Shown in pieces: positions 32,251-40,019 of a stretch of 64,000 nucleotides of DNA; the stretch's first letter is position 1, and every line of letters starts with the position of its first letter. Source of the stretch: Candidatus Latescibacterota bacterium (lineage in GTDB: Bacteria > Latescibacterota > UBA2968 > UBA8231); contig RKRN01000058.1 of the NCBI GenBank assembly GCA_007571365.1, positions 3,842 to 67,841 on the forward strand. Direction: 5' to 3'. Both the position numbers and the translations under genes were made by a program. The notes below the pieces were generated by a model. That model was not told where the DNA came from. It worked only from the letters and a program-made list of their open reading frames with translations, and did not search any database.

Positions 32251-32914
32251 ATGAATAGCCGGCCGGCCTTAATAACCTTTATCGGTGCAGTGATTAGTGC
32301 GATTGGTGGGTTTTGGGCATCTGGGTCTAAACCCAAGCCGGCCCGAATAATCGTAGTCGTCGGTGTAGTGATTAGCGCGATTGGTGCATTTTGGGCATCC
32401 CAGCAACAGGATAGCTTCAACCTAAATCTGCTAAATAAGAGTGAGGAAATTGCCCGGCTGAATCAAAAACTTGCGAGCTTGGTAAGTGGAGGGGACAGCT
32501 TCTGCTACTTGGATATTTCAAGTCTCAACTCAGTCAAAAACACTGGCCAGTTCGTGGTAGTAGTACAACCTCTACGATGTGCAGGCTAGGATTGTCGACT
32601 TGGAGAAATTTGATCAACTCGAGGGGAAGCTATCGTTTGCCACGCTGAAGCAGACAGACACGAACATTTCAATCGGCAACCTCATCTCTTCTTCTGTTTG
32701 GATGCTGCATCCAGTTACGCTCGGTAATGGCAACACGCCGGGGTTCAACATCTTCTTCTCCGCCCGCAATGGGTTTTTCAATCAAATCTTACGGCTCAAG
32801 AAAATCCATGGAAAATGGGTACACGCTACGAAGGTACTGAGAGAAGATAAGGTGATCTATGAGGAGATTGACGACGAATTCCCTCGAACCGATGAGGGCA
32901 AAGTCGAGTGGTAG
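32251..32914 (+). pseudogene. 2-TM membrane protein with coiled-coil and beta-rich C-terminal domain. The frame is broken near 32561..32589, or this is two overlapping genes.
   Basis: ATG 32251 follows AAAGGAGAGAGG. ORF 32251..32589 and ORF 32579..32914 join sensibly after a 1-nt shift (..QFVVVV / YNLYDVQARIVD..). There is no SD before GTG 32579. Confidence 0.5.
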
Positions 32915-32976
32915 AAGCATCTTGTATTTTGGGTATTGGCGCATTTAGGCTTTGTTTGTGCAAAGCACTGCTCGCC

Positions 32977-33065
32977 CTATCCATGTGCTCGATACGTTTC
33001 CCATCGTCCGCAAGCAGGACGAAAAAGCCTTCGGGAAATACCGCACAAAGGACCTGATTCATACG
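32977..33065 (+). repeat. Decayed copy 3 of the type IIG gene 3' end (most diverged)
   Basis: Translates IHVLDTFPIVRKQDEKAFGKYRTKDLIH, compared with resident YILDTFPTVRHADEAAFGKYRTRDMTL. It runs directly into the ATPase P-loop fragment. Confidence 0.75.
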
Positions 33066-33072
33066 GAACATA

Positions 33073-33117
33073 ATTGGCCGGCAAGAATGGCGTCGGCAAG
33101 ACGACCGTTTTAGAGGC
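33073..33117 (+). repeat. 45-nt fragment of the ATPase gene P-loop region
   Basis: attggccggcaagaatggcgtcggcaagacgaccgttttagaggc matches 34030..34074 with one mismatch. Confidence 0.9.
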
Positions 33118-33309
33118 CCTAACAAAACATCCTGCTGGCGTCGCACGGCTGCGTCGATCACGGCCTTGGTCCGCGCTTGGGTCAACGCCGGGCATTTTGT
33201 TAGAGCTTCTAAATGGGATAGGTTCTAGTCAGCCAGTTCCACGATTGCTTACTTCACCGGGTCTTGGTGGCTTGTAGGCCACCCAAGGCGACAATTACTT
33301 GGAGGGACT

Positions 33310-33522
33310 ATGGCAGCTAATTTTTGGACCATTCCTGGGATTATCAAAAACGGTGTGGTTATGCCCCAGAGTGATACCCCTTTGCCTAACGGCGTCCACG
33401 TGGAAATTCTCATTCGGTCGGTGGATATGCCACCGGAGCTAAAGTCCGAATTAGACCAGTGGGGCCAAGCAAGCGACGAAGCTTGGGCATTGATTGAGCA
33501 ATGGGAAGCGGAAGAGAGGTGA
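33310..33522 (+). CDS. Putative antitoxin (small DUF104/AbrB-like N-terminal beta segment)
   Basis: GIIKNGVVMPQSDTPLPNGVHVEILI motif. Overlaps the MazF-like gene by 22 nt. GGAGGGA RBS. Confidence 0.55.
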   Translation: MAANFWTIPGIIKNGVVMPQSDTPLPNGVHVEILIRSVDMPPELKSELDQWGQASDEAWALIEQWEAEER

Positions 33523-33863
33523 GTTGCGGCGATATTCACTGGGTTGAGCTACCCGTTGATAACGGCCGTGAGCAACGCGGACGTCGTCCCGCAGTGGTTA
33601 TGCAGGATGACCATTACGCAGGTAATTTGCCTGTTGTCCTTGTGGTCCCCCTGACGACAGCGAGAACAGCAAGCCGTTTTGTCGGTACAATATTCATTCA
33701 TCCCACGATGGAAAATGGACTGAGAGCGGAATCAGTGGCCTTGGTGTTTCAGCTACGGGCCATTGACCGTCGTCGTCTTCAGGAACGCATTGGAACTGTG
33801 AGTACACAGGTGTTGAATGCTATGTTTGAAGAGCTTGGAAAACTCACGGGTCGCAAGATGTAG
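33501..33863 (+). CDS. PemK/MazF family toxin
   Basis: GDIHWVELPVDNGREQRGRRPAVVMQDD...VVLVVPLTT pattern. Confidence 0.8.
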   Translation: MGSGREVSCGDIHWVELPVDNGREQRGRRPAVVMQDDHYAGNLPVVLVVPLTTARTASRFVGTIFIHPTMENGLRAESVALVFQLRAIDRRRLQERIGTVSTQVLNAMFEELGKLTGRKM

Positions 33864-33923
33864 ACTTAGTCGCCCTACATCCCGTCCATTCAAAACTCGC
33901 GCTCTTAAAAGAAAGTAAACGCT

Positions 33924-35099
33924 ATGGCCCCAAAACGACTCGACGACTGCCTGCACCTTCCGAACCTGTCGATAGCAGGTTTTCGGGCGATCAAAGAGCT
34001 TTCCATTGCACACTTGGGCCGCGTGACGCTATTGGCCGGCAAGAATGGCGTCGGCAAGACGACTGTTTTAGAGGCGGTCCGAGTCTATGCAGCGCACGGT
34101 CACTACGAAGTTCTGGCCGATCTGTTGGAAAGCCGCCAAGAGATGGCCGCCGCTATGGTCGAAAGTAGCTCACGAGAATTCGTAGCCGATTTTGAGGCCC
34201 TATTCCACGGACGAGATGTGTCGAGATGCGCCCGCATCGCAATCGGTTCAGAAGATACGGGCCAACTCAGGATTGAAGAGGCTTCGCTGAGCGCTGAGCA
34301 GACTTCTCATATTGACGGAATTCTATCTCGGTATATTGAAAAGGGCTTCACACAGGCATTCAAAGTCGCATGGTTAGGCTCCGAGCAGATACTGCCATGG
34401 GTGTTACCTATTCAAGGATCGGCTGTGGCTAGCCCAGTAGAACGTTATAGCGATTGCGCGTACCTATACCTACGGAATTTATTGCAAAAAACCGAATTGC
34501 CGCCTCCAATAGGATGTCAGCTTTTGGGGCCGAGCGTGTTGAGTAACGAAGAAATTGCACGGTTTTGGAATACTATCGCGCTGACGGACGATGAGGACCG
34601 GGCAGTACAGGCACTGAAGCTGATTTTCGGCAACGACTTGGAGCGGGTGGGGGTGATCCGCAACGACGTATCATCTGCGGGTCACAAAAAATATATGGAG
34701 CGAGTCGTCGCAAAACTCCACGGACAAGCCCGTCCCGTCCCTCTGCAAAGCCTCGGCAACGGCGCACTGCACTTGGCCGGCGTTACCTTGGCACTGATCG
34801 ACAGCCGCGACGGATTCTTGCTCATTGACGAGGCGGAAAACGGCGTTCACCATGCCATACAGCCTGACTTCTGGCGCATGGTCTTTAAGACGGCGTCCGC
34901 CAACAACGTGCAGGTCATTGCAACGACGCACAGCTTTGATTGCGTCCGCGGATTCGCCCAAGCCGCAGTTGAGTGCGAGGAAGCCGAAGGGGTGCTTGTG
35001 CGTCTTGAGCGAAAAGATGAGGAAATGTGGGCCGTTGAGTATTCGGAGCGCAATCTCAAAGCCGTTGTCAAACAGCATATTGGTATGGAGGTGAGGTAG
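33924..35099 (+). CDS. ABC-type (AAA_21-like) ATPase
   Basis: Walker A GKNGVGKTT, Walker B/D-loop LLIDEAENGVH, and H-loop ATTHS. Confidence 0.85.
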   Translation: MAPKRLDDCLHLPNLSIAGFRAIKELSIAHLGRVTLLAGKNGVGKTTVLEAVRVYAAHGHYEVLADLLESRQEMAAAMVESSSREFVADFEALFHGRDVSRCARIAIGSEDTGQLRIEEASLSAEQTSHIDGILSRYIEKGFTQAFKVAWLGSEQILPWVLPIQGSAVASPVERYSDCAYLYLRNLLQKTELPPPIGCQLLGPSVLSNEEIARFWNTIALTDDEDRAVQALKLIFGNDLERVGVIRNDVSSAGHKKYMERVVAKLHGQARPVPLQSLGNGALHLAGVTLALIDSRDGFLLIDEAENGVHHAIQPDFWRMVFKTASANNVQVIATTHSFDCVRGFAQAAVECEEAEGVLVRLERKDEEMWAVEYSERNLKAVVKQHIGMEVR

Positions 35100-35103
35100 G
35101 TGA

Positions 35104-35730
35104 ATGGCTAATAATGACCGCGTCCTCTTAGTTGAGGGACAAAACGATAAGCATGTCATTCGGCATTTTCGCAATCGCCATCAAGCTATGCCAGAATTCT
35201 GTATTCAAGATAAAGGAGGGATAGAAGAACTTCTTGAAGACATCGGCTTGGAGATTTTAGCTCCCAACCACAAAGCCGTTGGCATCTTAGTGGATGCAAA
35301 CGACGATTTGAACGCCCGCTGGGATGCTGTGGCCACTAGGCTTCGCGAGGAGAATATCGAGATGCCCAGCAGTCCTGATCCAACCGGCACCATTATAGAC
35401 AGCAATCCCCGCGTCGGCATCTGGTTGATGCCCGACAATGAGTCTCCCGGCGAACTCGAAAATTTCGTCGCAGAGATGATCCCCCAAAACGATCCGATCT
35501 GGCCACGGTCCACGAACTACATCGATAGCATTCCAGAGAAAGACCGAAAATTTACCGCAAAAAAGAGATTGCGGGCCCAACTCCACGCTTGGCTAGCGAC
35601 GCGAGAAGACCCTAGGCAAATGGGTCTCGCCATTAGCACCCAAGACCTGTGTGTAGATGGAACACTCAGCACAGCATTCGCTAAGTGGCTGCGGCAATTG
35701 TTCGAGCAAGCTCCCGTTGCGTCAAAATAG
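35104..35730 (+). CDS. Small TOPRIM-like protein (DUF3226/DUF4276/RloB-type by pattern)
   Basis: N-terminal VLLVEGQNDKHVI (conserved Glu) and acidic cluster ILVDANDD. Starts 4 nt after the ATPase stop with a GGAGGTGAGG RBS. The last ~6 codons lie in the hicB-derived repeat. Confidence 0.6.
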   Translation: MANNDRVLLVEGQNDKHVIRHFRNRHQAMPEFCIQDKGGIEELLEDIGLEILAPNHKAVGILVDANDDLNARWDAVATRLREENIEMPSSPDPTGTIIDSNPRVGIWLMPDNESPGELENFVAEMIPQNDPIWPRSTNYIDSIPEKDRKFTAKKRLRAQLHAWLATREDPRQMGLAISTQDLCVDGTLSTAFAKWLRQLFEQAPVASK

Positions 35731-35775
35731 TGGAATAGTCTGATGAGGACCAGTGCTAGGTCGGCCGTTGTCCGG
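35712..35775 (+). repeat. Decayed copy of the hicB 5' segment
   Basis: tcccgttgcgtcaaaatagtggaatagtctgatgaggaccagtgctaggtcggccgttgtccgg aligns to 31720..31783. Contains stops in the hicB frame. Confidence 0.85.
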
Positions 35776-35781
35776 GTCGCT

Positions 35782-37365
35782 TCAGTGAGCAATAGCCAGT
35801 TCGACGCCGGTCAATTTTACTTGCTCTCGGCGATCTTTTTGCCCTGCCACTAGCCGCACGGCGACCTCGTTTGTGCCCGTCCGCAAAAAAGAACCATCCA
35901 CTGCAAATTCTACGCTGACCCCGGCCATTTGTTGCGCGACCGGACGAGTGGGATAGCTGGCCCAAAACAGCGGTGCTGTCTGCTGGCGCGACCAGCCAGC
36001 TCTGGAAACTTGGGCTTGGTGCCAAGGGAGGGCGTGGCCGTTGAGTTCGACTTCGAGGCGGTCCGCCGCGGGCAAATGCTCCAAACGCAAGGCCAAGCCG
36101 CCGGTGGCGTCGGCCACATCATCGGCGACGCGGATGCGGAGCGTCGGCCCCAAGCTGGGGCTGTCGGTGGGCAAGGGCACTGGAAGCGGTGTCGAGGGAT
36201 GGGCCAAGCGGAAGGCGGCACTGTGGCCCGCCGTGGGACTGAAGGCCATGGTGCTGCTGATTTCGTAGCACTTGTCGAGTTTCTTCAGGGTGTTGAGGTC
36301 GGAGAATTCAGCGGCGGTTTGTCGATTCCACTCGGGCGACATGGTATAGAAGTTGTATAGGTAGATGCCGTCGGCCCCGTCAGTGAGCCAGCGCAGGGCC
36401 AAGGCGCGGAGGAAGCGCCGGTCGCTGTGGCGGGTGGCTTCAATGCAGCCATAGACGAGGCAAGGGGTAGAAGCCGCCGCACGGACGAACTCATCGACCG
36501 GGGTCTCAAAGGAGATAAAGCCGCCACCCACGACGACGATATCGACGAGGCCGGTCTCGATCCATTCGTCGACGTCGAGGCCAAGGCGCCGCGAGTCGGC
36601 CAAGGTCGGGGGGACGCGGACGGCCAGTTGCAAGGGCTTGCCCCGTTGGGCACTGACCTCGCGGAGCCGCGCCTTGATCTTTTGCACCAGATCGGTCATC
36701 AGGTAGCTGTTGGCCGTGGCTTCGGCCATGCGGAAGAAGGCCGAATGGCGCATGAAGTCCAGCTCAATGCCATTGACGTCAAAACGCTCGAAAACCTCGC
36801 AGGCGATGCGCCGCAGGTGTTCGCGCACCTCGGCGTGGGCGTAGTCGAGGCCGGTGCGGATGCCCCACTCAACCGACTTTTCGGGGAATGCTTCGCCGGG
36901 GCGGCCCATGAGCAGGTGGGGCTGCTCGCGGCGGAAGCGACCGTAGCCGGGATGGGATGGGTCGATCTGGTAGTGGCTGTTCATGCGGATGCGGGGAAAG
37001 AAGGGGATCGCCGCCGCACGGCACAGGTGTGCAAGTGCGGTCAACGGCCCGCCGCACTCGGCGATTAGGTTCTGGAGGTTGGCGGCGATCCGCGCTTCGA
37101 CGCCGGGTGTGGCCGAGTGGACGAAGGAAGGGGCTGTCGCGCCGAGGCCGCGGCGGTCGTCGCCGAATTTCTCGCCAATTTCCGTCTCGAACTGATAGAC
37201 CTCATGGTCGCCCGTGCTCCACCAGAATGCGCCGCCGGTGCCAGCATAGCCATCGACGATTTTCTCTTTGAGGTCGGCGACCGAGACGTTGTCCTCAGCC
37301 GTGAAAATCCAGCCGTCGTCGGTGAAGATGATGGGGGGCGGAGAGGCGGGATGTTTTGGGGACAT
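35782..37365 (-). CDS. TIM-barrel glycoside-hydrolase-like protein (GHL10-type pattern), function unknown
   Basis: 527-aa ORF with core GC content and an NGIELDFMRH motif. Function is not established. Confidence 0.7.
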   Translation of the reverse strand: MSPKHPASPPPIIFTDDGWIFTAEDNVSVADLKEKIVDGYAGTGGAFWWSTGDHEVYQFETEIGEKFGDDRRGLGATAPSFVHSATPGVEARIAANLQNLIAECGGPLTALAHLCRAAAIPFFPRIRMNSHYQIDPSHPGYGRFRREQPHLLMGRPGEAFPEKSVEWGIRTGLDYAHAEVREHLRRIACEVFERFDVNGIELDFMRHSAFFRMAEATANSYLMTDLVQKIKARLREVSAQRGKPLQLAVRVPPTLADSRRLGLDVDEWIETGLVDIVVVGGGFISFETPVDEFVRAAASTPCLVYGCIEATRHSDRRFLRALALRWLTDGADGIYLYNFYTMSPEWNRQTAAEFSDLNTLKKLDKCYEISSTMAFSPTAGHSAAFRLAHPSTPLPVPLPTDSPSLGPTLRIRVADDVADATGGLALRLEHLPAADRLEVELNGHALPWHQAQVSRAGWSRQQTAPLFWASYPTRPVAQQMAGVSVEFAVDGSFLRTGTNEVAVRLVAGQKDRREQVKLTGVELAIAH

Positions 37366-37571
37366 AATCGTTAAGAGCCTATACGAAAATTGATTTCCTG
37401 TTAATAAAAAATTCTTGGCAACCTACGCTTTCTTCACCTAACCTATTGACCCTCAATCAAGTCCGAATTGTCGATCGTTTGACATGACTTTCGTATAGGA
37501 TCTAAGTGCAACTTTTATACCATTTTGCTAATCGTCTATCCTAATAAGTACCCTCCGAGAGCAGGGGGTAA

Positions 37572-38027
37572 TTAGGGCACTAAAAAGTCAAATTCCTCCT
37601 TTTCCTCCTTTGAGAATGCAAATCGCCATAGTTGATCGAGCCATCCATGATCTGCAAATAGATTGTAGAGTATAAGTATGAACATACAAAGATAGTAAAT
37701 AATACCCAGAGGTGCAGCCATGGCGAACCAAAGAAATGCTCGCCATGGATGTGGTCTTTGGTATACAAACCCCGCTAATATAAAAAGAATAATACCTATA
37801 GCAAACTCCCAATGGCGAAGTCCATATATAAATAATAAAATCAGATGACTACCAATTACTAAGTGTCCTACGAGCAACAATATCTTACTTTGATAAAAGA
37901 ACCCTATGGCGATACATAGGGTTCCTATCGGGAATAGGATAATAGTAGCCTCAATAATCATGACAGTGCGGAACTCTCGAGTGGCTAACGGGCCACACAG
38001 AACACTTATGAAAGGGCCATCCGTCAC
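37572..38027 (-). CDS. Small polytopic membrane protein in an AT-rich insert
   Basis: 4-5 hydrophobic helices. Markedly AT-rich compared with neighbours. Start is GTG 38027 or ATG 37961. Confidence 0.6.
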   Translation of the reverse strand: MTDGPFISVLCGPLATREFRTVMIIEATIILFPIGTLCIAIGFFYQSKILLLVGHLVIGSHLILLFIYGLRHWEFAIGIILFILAGFVYQRPHPWRAFLWFAMAAPLGIIYYLCMFILILYNLFADHGWLDQLWRFAFSKEEKEEFDFLVP

Positions 38028-38059
38028 ACCATGGTCCTGAATCGTAATCCATACATGAC

Positions 38060-38158
38060 TTTCTCTTTGAGATCAGCCACCGAGACGTTGTCCGCAGCCG
38101 TGAAAATCCAGCCGTCGTCGGTGAAGATGATGGGGGGCGGAGAGGGCTTGGGGGCCAT
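38060..38158 (-). repeat. Remnant copy of the first ~100 nt of gene 35782..37365
   Basis: Aligns to 37261..37365 with a ~51-nt identical core (cagccgtgaaaatcc...ggcggagagg). Retains the CCATGTCAGC junction with the upstream gene stop, the same 10-mer as at 39230..39239. Confidence 0.9.
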
Positions 38159-38159
38159 G

Positions 38160-39233
38160 TCAGCGGCCTAGATAGGCTTTGATGATGTCGATGATTAGGG
38201 CGATGTCGCAGCGGGCCTCTTCCAAGGAAGTACGCGGCAGTACGCCCTCAGTGATGCAGGCGTGGAAGTGCTTCAACTCGCGGACGAAGGGGCCTTCCCA
38301 CGCGATGGCCGGGCGGTGGGTGATGGCCTCGCCGGCTTCGTCGAGGGTCTGAATCTCCAAAGTGGAGAGGATCCCCCGCGAAAAGCCGGTTGGGTAGGAG
38401 AGCAACACGCGGCGGTCGTCGCCGCAGACTTCGAGAGTTTCCTTGAAGTCGCGCACGTCCTTTAGTTCGACCCAAGTGGCCGCACAGCGTGCGCCGTTGG
38501 CATAGGCGAGCATGGTGCTGATGCCCCAGCCTTCGTACCAAATTTCGGTGCTGGCGACTCTTTCGGGTACGCCCATGATGGTGCGCAGGCCGTAGAGATC
38601 GTGGATCATGCTGCCGGCGAGGTGGCCAAAGGCAGCCTGCACGTCGGCCGGGACTGCGCCGAGGGCCTCGCGCACGGCCGCCGCCCGCGCCGCCCGCGTC
38701 TGCTCCACAGCCGCAGTGGGTATGTCGTCGGCGCGGTGCAGGCGGAAGTGCGCCAGATGATGCGAGTTGTTGGTGTGCAGGTGGTGAATTTGGACAAAGC
38801 GGATCGCGGCCATGTCAGCGGCCGCCCGGGCCGCGGCCTCAAAGGCCGGGTCGTACACTTTCATGTAACCCGCCAAGCCAACGGTGCCAGCCGCCAGCCG
38901 AGCGGCGACGATCCGGTCGGCCTCTTGCAGCGAGAAGCAGATCGGCTTTTCGATGAAGACGTGTTTGCCAGCCGCAAAGGCGGCGACGGCAATCTCGGTT
39001 TTGGGATCGGTGTGGCACAACAGCACGGCGTCGAGCTCGGCGGCGAGTAGGGTGCGCCAGTCGCTGGTGTGGTGCGGTACGTGAAACTCTTGCGCCACGG
39101 TCTGCGCCAAGTTAGGCGAGAGGTCGCAAACCATCTCGACGGAAAACAGGTCCTTGAGCGCGGTGAGGTTGGGTAGGTGCTGGACTTGGGCGACGGCTCC
39201 GCAGCCGACGACGCCGATGTGGACAGGAGCCAT
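38160..39233 (-). CDS. Gfo/Idh/MocA family oxidoreductase
   Basis: HIGVVGCGAVAQ Rossmann motif. ATG 39233 lies 1 nt after the cupin gene stop. Confidence 0.85.
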   Translation of the reverse strand: MAPVHIGVVGCGAVAQVQHLPNLTALKDLFSVEMVCDLSPNLAQTVAQEFHVPHHTSDWRTLLAAELDAVLLCHTDPKTEIAVAAFAAGKHVFIEKPICFSLQEADRIVAARLAAGTVGLAGYMKVYDPAFEAAARAAADMAAIRFVQIHHLHTNNSHHLAHFRLHRADDIPTAAVEQTRAARAAAVREALGAVPADVQAAFGHLAGSMIHDLYGLRTIMGVPERVASTEIWYEGWGISTMLAYANGARCAATWVELKDVRDFKETLEVCGDDRRVLLSYPTGFSRGILSTLEIQTLDEAGEAITHRPAIAWEGPFVRELKHFHACITEGVLPRTSLEEARCDIALIIDIIKAYLGR

Positions 39234-39234
39234 G

Positions 39235-39879
39235 TCAGCCCACCTTTCCAATGCGCGGCGTCAAGTCGTTCCACACATCGGCTAGGGCGTAGGCCCGCTT
39301 GAAGCTCTGATACACGTCTTGCCACATAGCTTCGCGCAGCGCGGTGGCTCGGGCTTGGTCGCCGGCCGCGAGGGCCGCCTTGAGTTGATCGCTCCGCGCG
39401 GCTTGGGCCGTCGCTTGGGTGCTGGCGGCTTGGGCCAAGTCGGCTGACGCGGCCGTGAACTTGTCGATGAGTTCGTCGATGGGCGTGTCGGTATCTGTCG
39501 CCACATCGTACGAACTGGAGGGCTGAAAGCGGGTTGGGTGGCGGGTGCCGTCGGGGTCGCGGCCAGTGTGGGTCGGCTGGATGTGGGGCGTGACCGACAG
39601 GTACATGACCATGGGCTCGTCGCCGATGGCTCGCACCTGATGGATCTCATCGGCGAGGGCGACGCAGAGCTGGCCCGCGCCCAGTTCCTGGTCGCTGCCG
39701 GCAATGTGGAAGACGCAGCGGCCTTGCAGGATGAGGAAAATCTCGTGGCCGAGATCGTGGCTGTGCAGGCCAGCCACCTCGCCCGGCTGCATGCGCAAAA
39801 AGCGGGAGCGGATATGGGGTGTGACGAGGAGGTTTTTGATGTGTTCCTCTTGGCGAAAGTCGAAAATTTCAAAGGCCAT
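39235..39879 (-). CDS. Cupin domain protein with alpha-helical C-terminal extension
   Basis: GLHSHDLGHEIFLILQG...IHQVRAIGDEP cupin motifs. Confidence 0.75.
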   Translation of the reverse strand: MAFEIFDFRQEEHIKNLLVTPHIRSRFLRMQPGEVAGLHSHDLGHEIFLILQGRCVFHIAGSDQELGAGQLCVALADEIHQVRAIGDEPMVMYLSVTPHIQPTHTGRDPDGTRHPTRFQPSSSYDVATDTDTPIDELIDKFTAASADLAQAASTQATAQAARSDQLKAALAAGDQARATALREAMWQDVYQSFKRAYALADVWNDLTPRIGKVG

Positions 39880-40019
39880 GAACGGGCTCCTTTAGGTGAT
39901 GAGTGTGCGTAATTGAGTCCATTGCAATGTTTTGTTAGCAAGCATTATACGGCCTGCTACCTCGCGCAAGGCCAATAGCTTGCACACTTCCTTCTCTCGG
40001 CGATCGTCTTGGACAGCCA

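Noticed and set aside
33074-33277. 67-aa ORF starting MAGKNGVGKTTVLEAL
   Set aside because: Only the first ~15 codons match the ATPase P-loop (the 45-nt repeat). The rest has no similarity. It is treated as a gene fragment.
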